Source: an uncultured Pseudomonadota bacterium | GTDB lineage: Bacteria > Pseudomonadota > Alphaproteobacteria > Rs-D84 | Direction of reading: 5' to 3' | Length of the DNA: 64,000 nucleotides | Assembly (NCBI GenBank): GCA_902787665.1 | Contig: CADAHF010000001.1 | Location: forward strand, 2,757-66,756 | In this document: piece by piece, positions 54,372 to 64,000 of the stretch | How positions within the stretch are numbered: position 1 is the first letter of the stretch | How the letters are laid out: every line of letters begins with the position of its first letter | The notes under the pieces: model-generated | Seen by the model: only the letters and a program-made list of their open reading frames with translations | Databases searched by the model: none | What the model was told of the DNA's origin: nothing | Translations under genes and position numbers: made by a program

Positions 54372-55049
54372 CTATTCCCTGCCAATGACGAACGCATCAA
54401 GCGGATCACCATCGCCAGATTCAACCGTGTATTCTGCAACACGCAAGCCCAATGGATTTTCCATATGGTCGGTCCAACGCATCGCATTTGCATCATCGGT
54501 TACCAGTGTTATCTTTATTCTATAATCTTTTCGGTCGGTCTGTCCATAACTATTTGTACAAAACCATTTGAAATCAACAGTATATACCGAACCGTCAGAT
54601 GTGTATTTATTTACACTGCCCGGGGAAAATTCCACCGAACAAGAAAAATCAAAACTGCCGTTATTCAGCAAGAATTCTTGATACATCGCAGTGCCCGCAA
54701 ATCCAGCAAAAATATCGTCCGAAGACATTGTTTTTATGGTGCCGTTCTGCATACCCCAATTTTTCTCCATAGTGCGAACACTGGGGCTAACCTCATTACG
54801 TGTTTTGATATATTCGGCAATAAAAGCGCGTTTATAGCGTTCTAAATCATCACCATCTGGCATAACCTGGGTAAGTGTAACCTGGGCATTGTTCGGGTTG
54901 ACGGAACGTAGAAAGAACACCTCTGGTCTATCAAGAGGAAACATTTTATACAGTGTTATCAGCAGCGCAGCCAGCACAACCAACGTTGCCGCAAAGACAA
55001 GCGTCAAAACCCGAGACAGTAAAATTGGCGGTTCTATGCGGTTTTGCAC
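54372..55049 (-). CDS. virB8: T4SS VirB8/TrbF-family protein
   Basis: 225 aa, bitopic, with N-terminal TM helix LLSRVLTLVFAATLVVLAALLITL. NTF2-like periplasmic domain ending with the VirB8-like NPLGLRVAEYTV motif. The GTG start is preceded by the strong RBS GGGGGAGA. Confidence 0.55.
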   Translation of the reverse strand: MQNRIEPPILLSRVLTLVFAATLVVLAALLITLYKMFPLDRPEVFFLRSVNPNNAQVTLTQVMPDGDDLERYKRAFIAEYIKTRNEVSPSVRTMEKNWGMQNGTIKTMSSDDIFAGFAGTAMYQEFLLNNGSFDFSCSVEFSPGSVNKYTSDGSVYTVDFKWFCTNSYGQTDRKDYRIKITLVTDDANAMRWTDHMENPLGLRVAEYTVESGDGDPLDAFVIGRE

Positions 55050-55075
55050 GAATTTCTCCCCCTTGGTATATCGCG

Positions 55076-55105
55076 ATTGTAGAAAAATTTGATATGGTGG
55101 TGCAA
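55076..55105 (-). promoter_or_regulatory. candidate sigma70 promoter of the virB8-virB9-virB10 operon (TTGCAC-18 nt-TACAAT)
   Basis: On the minus strand, TTGCAC (55100-55105) and TACAAT (55076-55081), about 25 nt upstream of the RBS. Confidence 0.35.
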
Positions 55106-55273
55106 GTGAAAATTACACAAATTTAAGATTTTATAAAATACGGGGTAATTTTTTCTTGCGCTGATTTTTTTTAATCTTTATAATATTTCCACTTGATTTT
55201 TTATATGGCTGTGGTATCTTAGCGCAGATCATTGGGGGTATTGCAGCAGAAATCGGGCGATATTTTATAGTTA

Positions 55274-55347
55274 CAGGGGCATAGTTCAACGGTAGAATAT
55301 CGGTCTCCAAAACCGCGGATGAGGGTTCGATTCCTTCTGCCCCTGCC
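55274..55347 (+). tRNA. tRNA-Trp (anticodon CCA)
   Basis: Cloverleaf AGGGGCA…TGCCCCT, anticodon loop CTCCAAA, T-loop GGTTCGATTCC. Upstream of secE, as in the conserved tRNA-Trp-secE-nusG arrangement. Confidence 0.85.
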
Positions 55348-55399
55348 AGAATACTGGGCAAACAATGGTCGTAACGTGAGAAAAAATTGGGTAAGTTTT

Positions 55400-55579
55400 A
55401 TGAAAAAAATGCTGGAATTTATCAAATCTGTACGTGGTGAATGGTTCAAGATTGTGTGGCCAACACGTGATGAAGTTACACGTGCAACAATTATGATTCT
55501 GGTGTTTTCTGCGTTGGCGACATTGTTTCTTTTTTTAATCGACAGTGCGCTTAATGCTATTGTTGGGTGGATTTTCTAA
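55400..55579 (+). CDS. secE: preprotein translocase subunit SecE
   Basis: 59 aa. …WFKIVWPTRDEVTRATIMILVFSALATLFLFLIDS… includes the single C-terminal TM helix. The ORF-track start at 55319 overlaps the tRNA. Confidence 0.85.
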   Translation: MKKMLEFIKSVRGEWFKIVWPTRDEVTRATIMILVFSALATLFLFLIDSALNAIVGWIF

Positions 55580-55603
55580 AGAATACTAGCGAAGGAAGTA
55601 TAG

Positions 55604-56137
55604 ATGGAAGACAAAATGCAATGGTTTGTTGTGAATGTTCATACGGGCTGTGAAGACAAGGTCGCACGTGGTTTGCGTGAACAAATTGACAAGCGTCGCC
55701 TTAATGCGTTTTTTGGTGAAATTTTGGTCCCAACACGCGAAGTTGTTGAGATTAAGGCCGGTAAACGTGTTAAATCTGAAAAGAAGTTTTTTCCAGGTTA
55801 TATCGTTGTTCAAATGGTTATGAATAATGAAACCTTTTCGCTGGTTAAATTGATGCCCCAGGTGGTTATGTTCCTTGGTGCGAAACAGAAACCAATCGCG
55901 GTTAGCGAAGAAGAAGCGCGCCGTTTGATGAAACAAGTCGAAGAAGGTGCGGTTGCTGTTGATGAAATCACATACGAAGTGGGCCAGGAAGTACATGTTA
56001 TCGATGGTCCATTTGCTGGGTTTAATGGTGTTATTTCTGAAGTTGATAATTTGAAACAAAAAATGACCGTTACAATTTTGGTGTTCGGTCGTGAAACCAG
56101 CGTTGAATTGGACTTTACCCAGGTTGAAAAGGTGTAA
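55604..56137 (+). CDS. nusG: transcription termination/antitermination factor NusG
   Basis: NGN domain (WFVVNVHTGCEDKV…) and a C-terminal KOW (…VIDGPFAGFNGVISEVD…). RBS AAGGAAG. Confidence 0.9.
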   Translation: MEDKMQWFVVNVHTGCEDKVARGLREQIDKRRLNAFFGEILVPTREVVEIKAGKRVKSEKKFFPGYIVVQMVMNNETFSLVKLMPQVVMFLGAKQKPIAVSEEEARRLMKQVEEGAVAVDEITYEVGQEVHVIDGPFAGFNGVISEVDNLKQKMTVTILVFGRETSVELDFTQVEKV

Positions 56138-56231
56138 AACCAAAAGAGTTTTCGCGATTTAGTAAAATCGCAACAACTGTGGAAGATGCGCCACATCGTA
56201 CCACAACACAACAAGAAAAATGGAGTGAAAA

Positions 56232-56663
56232 ATGGCAAAAAAAGAAGTTAAGGGATTGGTCAAATTGGTCGTCCCTGCAAAACAGGCAAATCCAGCGCCA
56301 CCGATTGGGCCGGCTTTGGGTGCCGCAGGCGTTAATATCGCCGAATTCTGTAAACAGTTTAACGACAAAACCGCAGATAAAGAACCGGGTATGCCGATTC
56401 CATGTATCATTACGGTTTATACCGACCGCAGTTTCGAATTTATTATGAAATTGCCACCTGTGTCTTATTATATTAAAAAGGCACTTAAATTGAAAATCGG
56501 TTCACACAAACCAGGTCGCGATTTTGTTGGAACAATCACAAAAGATCAAATCAAGCAAATTGCTGAAGCAAAAATGCCTGACTTAAATTGCTCTACCGTT
56601 GAATCTGCAATGAATATTGTTGCTGGTCAATGTCGTTCTATGGGCGTAAAGGTGGAGGAATAA
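56232..56663 (+). CDS. rplK: 50S ribosomal protein L11
   Basis: [30 protein letters not shown]… is the canonical L11. Confidence 0.95.
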   Translation: MAKKEVKGLVKLVVPAKQANPAPPIGPALGAAGVNIAEFCKQFNDKTADKEPGMPIPCIITVYTDRSFEFIMKLPPVSYYIKKALKLKIGSHKPGRDFVGTITKDQIKQIAEAKMPDLNCSTVESAMNIVAGQCRSMGVKVEE

Positions 56664-56666
56664 GAC

Positions 56667-57341
56667 ATGAAAGCTACAAAAAGACAGCAAACTTGGACAA
56701 GTTTGGATAAAGCGAAGGTTTATGCTATTGCGGATGCTATTGAAGCATTGCGTCCATTTGCATCCAAGAAGTTTGATGAAAGTTTAGAAATTGCTATCCG
56801 TTTGGGTATCGATATTACCAAGGCAGATCAAAACATTCGTGGAATGTTGTCGTTGCCAAATGGTACAGGTAAATCTGTGCGTGTCGCAGTTTTCACAATC
56901 AATTCACAAGACGAAGCCAAAAAGGCGGGTGCTGATGTCGTTGGTGGTGAAGAACTGATAGATGCTGTTGCAAATGGTCAAATTAATTTCGACCGTGTTA
57001 TCGCAACGCCAGATATGATGCCAAAGATGTCCAAAGTCGCACGTGTTTTGGGACCAAAGGGTTTGATGCCGAATCCAAAATTAGGTACGGTTACAAACAA
57101 TGTTGCCGAAGCTGTTAAGACTGCTAAGGCTGGTCAGATTGAATATCGTGCCGAAAAGAACGGTATCATTCATGCCGGTATTGGTAAAATGTCGTTCGCA
57201 ACGGATAAATTGGTTGAAAATGCAAATGCATTGATTGATCAGTTGAAAAAAGTTAAACCAGCATCGGCTAAGGGTCAATATATCTTGGGGGCATCTGTTG
57301 CCACAACCCAGGGTCCGGGCCTGAAAATCGATGTAAAGTAA
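56667..57341 (+). CDS. rplA: 50S ribosomal protein L1
   Basis: Canonical L1 (…VRVAVFT…GPKGLMPNPKLGTVT…). Confidence 0.95.
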   Translation: MKATKRQQTWTSLDKAKVYAIADAIEALRPFASKKFDESLEIAIRLGIDITKADQNIRGMLSLPNGTGKSVRVAVFTINSQDEAKKAGADVVGGEELIDAVANGQINFDRVIATPDMMPKMSKVARVLGPKGLMPNPKLGTVTNNVAEAVKTAKAGQIEYRAEKNGIIHAGIGKMSFATDKLVENANALIDQLKKVKPASAKGQYILGASVATTQGPGLKIDVK

Positions 57342-57520
57342 TTTGATTTGGGTCAACCCAAATCAAAAAGAGATTTCTGTCCAAGACTGATGGTGTCACG
57401 ACAAATCGTGGCTTAATTGCCATCATAGACAAAGAACAATTCTTTGGGGCAGGAACCAAGCCCCATCTGGATGAAAGTCCGGTGGAAAGTTAAACAAAAC
57501 GAAGAAGTAAGGGTATATAG
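57342..57520 (+). promoter_or_regulatory. rplJ leader region with an 11-bp perfect hairpin (TTTGATTTGGG-TCAA-CCCAAATCAAA) at 57344-57369; probable L10(L12) autoregulatory leader/attenuator
   Basis: The hairpin is read from the sequence. A 180-nt untranslated leader precedes rplJ, as in the L10 leaders of other bacteria. Confidence 0.45.
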
Positions 57521-58000
57521 ATGAGACGCGAAGAAAAATCAGATTTGATTTCAGCGTTGCAGTCATCTCTTCAGGAAGCAAACGGTGTTTTCGTTGTTGA
57601 AAACAATGGTTTGACAGTAAAAGAATTTGAAGCCTTGCGTAATGAATTACGTCCATTGGTTTCGGTCTTTAAAGTTGTTAAAAACCGTTTGATGAAATTG
57701 GCATTGAAAGATACCAATTTTGAAGCTGTATCCGATATGATGAAACGTCCAACCGCAGTTGCTGTGGCGACGGATGCGTTGGCAGTGACCAAAGTTTTGG
57801 CCAAGTTTGCCGAAGATCACGCAAATTTGAACATCATTGGTGGAAAAATGGATGCAGATGTCCTGGACAAAGATGGCATTGTGCAATTATCCAAGCTTCC
57901 TTCCCTGTTGGAAATTCGTGGAACTATCGCGCGTATTTTGGTCGAACCAGCATCGCGTTTGGCACGTGTTTCAGCAGAGTATGGAAAAAAGAATCAATAA
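57521..58000 (+). CDS. rplJ: 50S ribosomal protein L10
   Basis: Position and L10-like sequence (…VVENNGLTVKEFEALR…). Confidence 0.9.
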   Translation: MRREEKSDLISALQSSLQEANGVFVVENNGLTVKEFEALRNELRPLVSVFKVVKNRLMKLALKDTNFEAVSDMMKRPTAVAVATDALAVTKVLAKFAEDHANLNIIGGKMDADVLDKDGIVQLSKLPSLLEIRGTIARILVEPASRLARVSAEYGKKNQ

Positions 58001-58039
58001 AAACCGGAATGGTGACATTCTGATTAAAAGGAGTACAAA

Positions 58040-58408
58040 ATGGCAGACATTCAGAAATTGGTTGAAGAATTGTCAAAATTAAGCGTTATGGAAGCAGTTG
58101 AACTGTCCAAAGCGTTGGAAGAAACATGGGGCGTTAGCGCAGCGGCTGCTGTTGCTGTTGCCGCTGGCCCAGCTGCTGGTGCAGCCGCCGAAGAAAAGAG
58201 CGAATTTGATGTTGTGTTGGCAGAAGCTGGTGCAAACAAATTGGCTGTGATTAAGGCAGTTAAAGACATCACTGGTTTAGGTTTGGGTGAAGCCAAAGCT
58301 TTGGTTGAATCTGCACCAAAGGCAGTGAAAGAAGCAGTTGCAAAAGATGAAGCTGAAAAAATGAAAGCTACATTAGAAGCAGCTGGTGCAAAAGTCGAAT
58401 TGAAATAA
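58040..58408 (+). CDS. rplL: 50S ribosomal protein L7/L12
   Basis: Ala-rich hinge and conserved C-terminal domain (…[40 protein letters not shown]…KVELK). Confidence 0.95.
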   Translation: MADIQKLVEELSKLSVMEAVELSKALEETWGVSAAAAVAVAAGPAAGAAAEEKSEFDVVLAEAGANKLAVIKAVKDITGLGLGEAKALVESAPKAVKEAVAKDEAEKMKATLEAAGAKVELK

Positions 58409-58575
58409 TTCAATCGCGCGTGAACACCGCTTGTGTTCAAACAAATCCCATATGAAAATATGGGTCACCGATAAGCCCACCTTAAGATACATTTCTTATG
58501 GTGGGCGGATGGGTGTAAAAGACAAAACAAAAAATTTTGTTTGCAAAACGCAAAAATAAGAAAGGATTGATACCC
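58409..58575 (+). promoter_or_regulatory. rplL-rpoB intergenic attenuator region with several hairpins
   Basis: Hairpins CCCATATGAAAATATGGG, GCCCACC…GGTGGGC, and CAAAACAAAAAATTTTGTTTG. RBS AAGAAAGGA before rpoB. Confidence 0.4.
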
Positions 58576-61500
58576 ATGGCAGTTATCCAAAAATTTAGAA
58601 AATCTTTTGGTAAAAGTTTTTTGCAAACTCCGCTTCCTGATTTGGTTGAAATACAATATGATTCCTATAAAGATTTCTTACAGGCGGATGTAGAACCCCA
58701 AAATCGTAAAAATATCGGTTTGCAAAATGTTTTTGCATCCATGTTCCCGATTAAAGATTATGCGGGTATTGCAGATTTGGAATTTGTCGAATATACATTG
58801 GATAAACCGGTGTATAACGTCAAAGAATGTATGCTGCGTAATATGACATATTCCAGCAAATTAAGATTAAAATTAAGATTGATTCTGTGGGATGTCGCCG
58901 AAGACGGTAAAAAAACTTTGCGCGATATCAAAGAACAAGAGATATTTATGGGCGAAGTGCCGTTGATGACAGAACGCGGCAGCTTTATCGCATCGGGTGT
59001 TGAACGTGTTATCGTTTCACAGATGCATCGTGCCCAAGGTGTTGTCTTTGCAACCACCAAAGAAGCCAAGGTTGCAGGCAACCCAATCACATATACTGCA
59101 CGTATCATTCCAGAACATGGTTCATGGATTGACTTTGAAGAAGCCAAGGGTGTTATCTATGTTCGTATCGACCGTCGTCGTAAAATACCAGCAACTGTCT
59201 TGTTGCGTTGCTTGCCAGCTGCCGAAGACGAAAAGAAATGGGCGGCCGATCCACGCAAACAAAACATTCGTGGTATGTCTGATACAGAAATTTTGTCGGC
59301 GTTCTATAAACGTATTGCGTTAAAGTTTGATGGTAAAATGTGGGTTGGCGATGTCAATGCATTCGATGGTTTGGATAAATATCGTTTGAATTATGATATT
59401 ATCAATCCAAAAGATAAAAAGCCATTAGCAGCCAAGGGTGACCGCTTAACAGCAAAACGTTTGGCAAAGATTGCCACGACATCAAAAACATTTGGTGTTG
59501 CGTCTGAATCGTTGATTGGTGAATATCTGTTTGACCCGATTATGAATGGTGACGAAGTTTTGTATCAAGCAGGTACAGAGATTACCGAAGAAATTTTGTC
59601 TGATTTGGCAAAATTGGGTGTCAAAGAAATATCGCTGATTTCGATTGATAATGCAACGATTACCGCACATATGCGTAATACATTGATGGCGGATAAAACA
59701 ACAAATCGTGAAGAAGCGTTGATTGAAATTTATAACATCATCCGTCCGGGTGAACGTCCAACATTGGAAGCGGCAATCAACTTGTTCCAACGTCAAGGTT
59801 TTGATCCGGCGTATTATGATTTGTCAGCGGTTGGTCGTTTCAAAATGAACAAACGTTTGAAAATTGATTCTGGTAAACGTCCAGAAGATGACCGTTTGTT
59901 GTCTAAATCTGATTTCTTGGCTGTGTTAAAGACATTGACAAACATTATTGACCACAAAGACACAATTGATGATATTGATAACTTGTCAAATCGTCGTGTT
60001 CGTGCGGTTGGTGAATTGCTGGAACAAAATTTCCGCGCAGGTATGTTGCGTATTGAAAGATTGGTTCGTGAAGCATTAAGCAGTCCAAACATTGCAAATA
60101 TGCAACCACAGGATGTTATCAATGTTAAACCATTGATGAGTTTGGTTTCAGAATTCCTTGGGACATCACAATTATCACAGTTTATGGATGCGTATAACCC
60201 ACTGTCTGAATTGGAACACAAACGTTTGATTTCTGCATTGGGACCTGGTGGTTTGAATCGTGAACGTGCCGGCATTGATGTGCGTGACGTTCATCCAACA
60301 CACTATGGCCGTTTATGCCCAATTCACACACCCGAAGGTGCAAATATTGGACTTATTTCACACATGGCATCATATGCACGTGTTAATCCATATGGGTTTA
60401 TTGAAACACCATACTATGTTGTCGAAAACAGCCGCGTCACAGACAAAATCGTATATTTAACTGCGGACGAAGAATTGGGGCACAAAATTGCCCAGGGTAA
60501 TACCCCAACAACAGACAAGGGTGTTTTGGCAGATGATGTTGTAACGGCGCGTGTTGATGGCGAATTTACAATGGTGCCAAAAGAAGAAATCGATTTAATT
60601 GACGTTGCACCACGTCAGGTGGTGTCAATCGCAACAGGATTGATTCCGTTCGTTGAAAACGACGACGCTAACCGTGCGTTGATGGGTTCAAACATGCAAC
60701 GCCAGGGTGTTCCATTAATGCGTGTTCAAGCACCGTTGGTTGGAACCGGTATTGAACGTGAAGTTGCGCGTGATTCAAGGACAGGTAAGGTTGCAAAACA
60801 CAGTGGTGTTGTTGAATCTGTGGATGCAAATCGTATCGTTGTTAAATGTATGAACAGCCGTAATGTTGTGACGGGTGTTGATATTTACAATTTGGAAAAA
60901 TTTGAACGCAGCAACAGTGAAACGCTTATCCACCAAAAACCATTGGTCAAGGTTGGTGACCGTATTTCTGCGGGCGATATCATCGCAGACGGTTCGTCAA
61001 TGAACTATGGTGAATTGGCGTTGGGTCGCAATGTGTTGGTTGCATTCTTGCCATGGCGCGGATACAACTATGAAGACGCTATTGTGATTTCAGAACGTAT
61101 TTCACGTGATGATGCATTCACATCTATCAAGATTGATGAAAAAGAATTCAAGGTTCGTGATACCCAACTTGGACCAGAAAGTTTCACTCGCGATATTCCA
61201 AATGTCAGTGAAGAAGCGTTAAAAAATCTGGACGAATCTGGTATTATCTATGTTGGTGCACGCGTAAAACAAGGCGATATTTTGGTCGGTCGTGTTTCAC
61301 CAAAATCTGAAACATTATTAACCCCAGAAGAAGCTTTGTTGCGTAATATCTTTGGTGAAAAAGCTTTGAACGTCAAAGATACATCATTGCGCGTTGGTCC
61401 AAACGAAGAAGGAACAGTTATCGGTGTGAACGTTTTGACCCGTCATGGTGTGAAGAAAGACGAACGTACTCAGATGATTGAACTGCAAAAGATTGAAAAG

Positions 61501-62712
61501 ATTAACAAAGACCGCGAAGAAGAAACTTCGATTATCGAAAAAGGCTTTGCGGATCAAATCTTCCAAATTGCAGAAAACGACATTATTGATTCTGGCACGG
61601 GTTCTTTGAAACCGTTTGTTGGCAAAAAATTAACAGCGGAAGTGTTCGAAGGTATTAAACCAGTTGATGTTAAAAAACTGGTTGTGAAAAACAAAGAACA
61701 CCAAGCAAAGATAGATGAACTGCGCGAACAACACATTATCAAGTTAAAAGAATTGAATGAACGTGCTGATGCAGAAATTGCAAAGGCAACAGAAAGCAAT
61801 TCGCTTAATGCTGGTGTGTTAAAAGAAGTCAAGGTTTACATCGCACACAAGATGAAGTTACAGCCGGGTGATAAAATGGCTGGACGTCACGGAAACAAGG
61901 GTATCGTTTCAACGGTTGTTCCAATCGAAAATATGCCATATATGGAAGATGGAACCCCGGTTGATATCGTCCTTAATCCTTTGGGTGTGCCAAGCCGTAT
62001 GAACATCGGTCAGATTTTGGAAACTCACCTTGGTATGGCGGCGCGGACACTTGGTAAACAGATTGGTGAAGTTTTGGATGAAGTTAAGGCAAAACGCGCT
62101 GTTACCGATGATTTGCGCAATATGATGGGCAAAATCTATGGCAAAGACATCAAGGAAAAGTTAGATAAGATGACCGACACTGATGTTCGTGCCGAAGCAG
62201 AATTGTTACGTGATGGTGTTCCAATGGCGACACCAACATTCGACGGTGCAACATCTGATGACATTCACAATATGTTAAAGTTGGCTGGATTACCAGAAAC
62301 AGGTCAGTTCACATTGTACGATGGTATGACGGGTGAAAAGTTTGCACGTCCAGTTACTGTTGGTGTTATGTACATGATGAAATTGCATCACTTTGTTGAT
62401 GAAAAGATTCACGCACGTTCAACAGGTAACTATTCATTGGTTACACAACAGCCATTGTCTGGTAAGGCGCACATGGGTGGTCAGCGTTTGGGCGAAATGG
62501 AAGTGTGGGCATTGGAAGCACATGGTGCCGCACACCTGTTACGCGAAATGTTGACGGTTAAATCTGACGATATTGTTGGACGTAACAAGATGTACGAATC
62601 CATCATTTCGGGTTCAACCGATATCCAAACCGGAACCCCAGAAGCATTTAACGTATTCGTTCGCGAATTGCGTGGATTGGGTCTGGCAATGACACCAAAG
62701 AAAATTGATTAG
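58576..62712 (+). CDS. rpoB: DNA-directed RNA polymerase subunit beta
   Basis: 1378 aa, canonical (…MAVIQKFRKSFGK…), including the rifampicin-cluster region. The ATG at 58576 with RBS is preferred over the track start at 58537. Confidence 0.95.
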   Translation: MAVIQKFRKSFGKSFLQTPLPDLVEIQYDSYKDFLQADVEPQNRKNIGLQNVFASMFPIKDYAGIADLEFVEYTLDKPVYNVKECMLRNMTYSSKLRLKLRLILWDVAEDGKKTLRDIKEQEIFMGEVPLMTERGSFIASGVERVIVSQMHRAQGVVFATTKEAKVAGNPITYTARIIPEHGSWIDFEEAKGVIYVRIDRRRKIPATVLLRCLPAAEDEKKWAADPRKQNIRGMSDTEILSAFYKRIALKFDGKMWVGDVNAFDGLDKYRLNYDIINPKDKKPLAAKGDRLTAKRLAKIATTSKTFGVASESLIGEYLFDPIMNGDEVLYQAGTEITEEILSDLAKLGVKEISLISIDNATITAHMRNTLMADKTTNREEALIEIYNIIRPGERPTLEAAINLFQRQGFDPAYYDLSAVGRFKMNKRLKIDSGKRPEDDRLLSKSDFLAVLKTLTNIIDHKDTIDDIDNLSNRRVRAVGELLEQNFRAGMLRIERLVREALSSPNIANMQPQDVINVKPLMSLVSEFLGTSQLSQFMDAYNPLSELEHKRLISALGPGGLNRERAGIDVRDVHPTHYGRLCPIHTPEGANIGLISHMASYARVNPYGFIETPYYVVENSRVTDKIVYLTADEELGHKIAQGNTPTTDKGVLADDVVTARVDGEFTMVPKEEIDLIDVAPRQVVSIATGLIPFVENDDANRALMGSNMQRQGVPLMRVQAPLVGTGIEREVARDSRTGKVAKHSGVVESVDANRIVVKCMNSRNVVTGVDIYNLEKFERSNSETLIHQKPLVKVGDRISAGDIIADGSSMNYGELALGRNVLVAFLPWRGYNYEDAIVISERISRDDAFTSIKIDEKEFKVRDTQLGPESFTRDIPNVSEEALKNLDESGIIYVGARVKQGDILVGRVSPKSETLLTPEEALLRNIFGEKALNVKDTSLRVGPNEEGTVIGVNVLTRHGVKKDERTQMIELQKIEKINKDREEETSIIEKGFADQIFQIAENDIIDSGTGSLKPFVGKKLTAEVFEGIKPVDVKKLVVKNKEHQAKIDELREQHIIKLKELNERADAEIAKATESNSLNAGVLKEVKVYIAHKMKLQPGDKMAGRHGNKGIVSTVVPIENMPYMEDGTPVDIVLNPLGVPSRMNIGQILETHLGMAARTLGKQIGEVLDEVKAKRAVTDDLRNMMGKIYGKDIKEKLDKMTDTDVRAEAELLRDGVPMATPTFDGATSDDIHNMLKLAGLPETGQFTLYDGMTGEKFARPVTVGVMYMMKLHHFVDEKIHARSTGNYSLVTQQPLSGKAHMGGQRLGEMEVWALEAHGAAHLLREMLTVKSDDIVGRNKMYESIISGSTDIQTGTPEAFNVFVRELRGLGLAMTPKKID

Positions 62713-62715
62713 TTA

Positions 62716-62740
62716 TAGTTGTTAGCAAATCTAACAACTA
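62716..62740 (+). promoter_or_regulatory. rpoB-rpoC intergenic hairpin (AGTTGTTAG-CAAAT-CTAACAACT) followed by AACAACTA(A/G)C repeats
   Basis: 9-bp perfect stem. Possible RNase III or processing site. Confidence 0.35.
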
Positions 62741-62776
62741 ACAACTAGCAACTAATTACTTAAGGAGCAGAAAAAT

Positions 62777-64000
62777 ATGACAAATATGTTGCAAAAGATA
62801 TTTGGACAAATTGAAACCAAGGAACAATTTGATGCTTTGCGCATTACAATTGCGTCCCCGGAAGAAATCTTGTCGTGGTCACACGGTGAAGTTAAAAAGC
62901 CGGAAACAATCAACTATCATTCGTTGAAACCAGAGCCAGAGGGGCTGTTCTGTCAGCAGATCTTTGGTCCAGTCAAAGATTACGAATGTGCGTGCGGAAA
63001 GTATAAAAGAATCAAATTCCGCGGTGTTGTTTGTGAACGTTGCGGGGTCGAAGTTGGTTCGTCATCTGTACGTCGTGAACGTATGGGACATATCAAATTG
63101 GCGATGCCTGTGGCACACACTTGGTTTTTGCGTGAAGGTAAAATCGCAACATTGTTGAATAACTTGCCACAGAAAAAATTGGAACAGGTTATTTCATACG
63201 ATGCTTATATTGTTATTGAACCAGGTTTAACAAACCTTAAACAATATGATGTTATCAGCGAAGATGAATATCAAGCAGCTGTTGAAGAATTTGGTGCAGA
63301 CGCATTTCATGTTGGTATTGGTGCCGAAGGTGTTCGTTCAATTATTGCAAATTTGGATATGGGTGATGAACGTACACGCTTGCGCGCAGAATTGGCAGAA
63401 ACCAAATCTGAAGCAAAACGCAAATCTATTATTAAACAATTAAAGTTGGTCGAAGCATTCTTGGAATCTAAAACAGATCCAGCATGGATGTTGCCAGATA
63501 TATTGCCAGTTATTCCACCAGATATGCGCCCATTGGTTACATTGGATGCGGGACATGTTGCGGCATCTGACTTGAATGATTTGTATCGTCGTGTGATTAT
63601 TCGTAACAATCGTTTGAAAAGATTTATGGAAATGCACGCGCCTGAAATCATCGTTCGTAACGAAAAACGTATGTTACAGGAAGCAGTGGATTCATTGTTC
63701 GATAATGGACATAAAGCACGTCCGATGGTTTCACAAAACCGCAGACCACTTAAATCATTGTCTGATTCATTGCGTGGTAAATCGGGTCGTTTCCGTATGA
63801 ACATGTTGGGTAAACGTGTGGACTATTCTGGTCGTAGCGTTATTGTGTCTGGTCCAACATTGAAATTACACCAGGTTGGTTTGCCAAAAGCGATGGCTTT
63901 GGAATTGTTTAAGCCATTTGTCTTTGCACGCTTGCTTGCTGGTGATTATGCAAATACATTAAAAACCGCACGCAAGATGGTTGAGAACGGCGAAGACATT
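62777..64000 (+). CDS. rpoC: DNA-directed RNA polymerase subunit beta' (5' part; continues beyond the window)
   Basis: [11 protein letters not shown]…, zinc-binding CxC…CxxC (…[23 protein letters not shown]…) and NADFDGD-proximal motifs. RBS AAGGAG. The frame is open to nt 64000. Confidence 0.95.
   Translation, partial: MTNMLQKIFGQIETKEQFDALRITIASPEEILSWSHGEVKKPETINYHSLKPEPEGLFCQQIFGPVKDYECACGKYKRIKFRGVVCERCGVEVGSSSVRRERMGHIKLAMPVAHTWFLREGKIATLLNNLPQKKLEQVISYDAYIVIEPGLTNLKQYDVISEDEYQAAVEEFGADAFHVGIGAEGVRSIIANLDMGDERTRLRAELAETKSEAKRKSIIKQLKLVEAFLESKTDPAWMLPDILPVIPPDMRPLVTLDAGHVAASDLNDLYRRVIIRNNRLKRFMEMHAPEIIVRNEKRMLQEAVDSLFDNGHKARPMVSQNRRPLKSLSDSLRGKSGRFRMNMLGKRVDYSGRSVIVSGPTLKLHQVGLPKAMALELFKPFVFARLLAGDYANTLKTARKMVENGEDI

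Noticed and set aside
54213-54845. 210-aa plus-strand ORF inside the virB8/virB9 region
   Set aside because: Antisense to two well-supported minus-strand genes with strong RBSs. No family resemblance.
1-64000. CRISPR arrays, IS elements/transposases, rRNA operons, prophage genes
   Set aside because: No regular direct-repeat/spacer array, no transposase-like or integrase-like ORF, and no rRNA-like sequence was seen. The only repeats are the short terminator-associated palindromes and the tRNA-Glu 3' duplication.

Overview
AT-rich (~38-40% GC) chromosomal window, most consistent with an alphaproteobacterium with a reduced genome of the Rickettsiales/Holosporales type. Most of it is collinear housekeeping. 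At the right end: tRNA-Trp, secE, nusG, rplK, rplA, rplJ, rplL, rpoB and a 5' fragment of rpoC. Elsewhere: gyrA, valS, rpmE, rpmH, a reduced dcw block (mrcA, mraY, ftsW, murG), def-fmt-truA, recR-rsmA, pyk, kefB-like, lspA-yidC, comF/comEC, rmuC, and a marR-tolC-adaptor-RND efflux operon. Set into this are pieces of a P-type (Rickettsiales rvh-like) type IV secretion system. (i) Five paralogous VirB6/TrbL-like polytopic membrane proteins sit at 411-6943, four of them translationally coupled on the minus strand and one divergent. (ii) A virB8-virB9-virB10 operon sits at 50430-55049 on the minus strand, next to tRNA-Trp, with no virB11/virD4 after it and no virB3/virB4 anywhere in the window. 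The VirB9 carries a C-terminal FtsN-like SPOR domain. The VirB10 is about 780 aa, with extra N-terminal domains and a roughly 200-aa Cys-rich C-terminal extension. Other things worth a second look: a tandem pair of small 8-Cys paralogous proteins between fmt and truA; an inositol-monophosphatase (SuhB) homolog that has lost its metal-binding catalytic motifs; a 21-bp direct repeat of the tRNA-Glu 3' end that looks like an integration scar; a small family of palindromic terminator-associated repeats; and a nested palindrome between HAD and rmuC. Two tRNAs (Glu-CUC, Gln-UUG) flank a small accessory segment (TrpF-like protein plus an outer-membrane beta-barrel). No CRISPR array, IS element or rRNA is present. 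All calls are from reading the sequence and translations by eye; no database search was possible.
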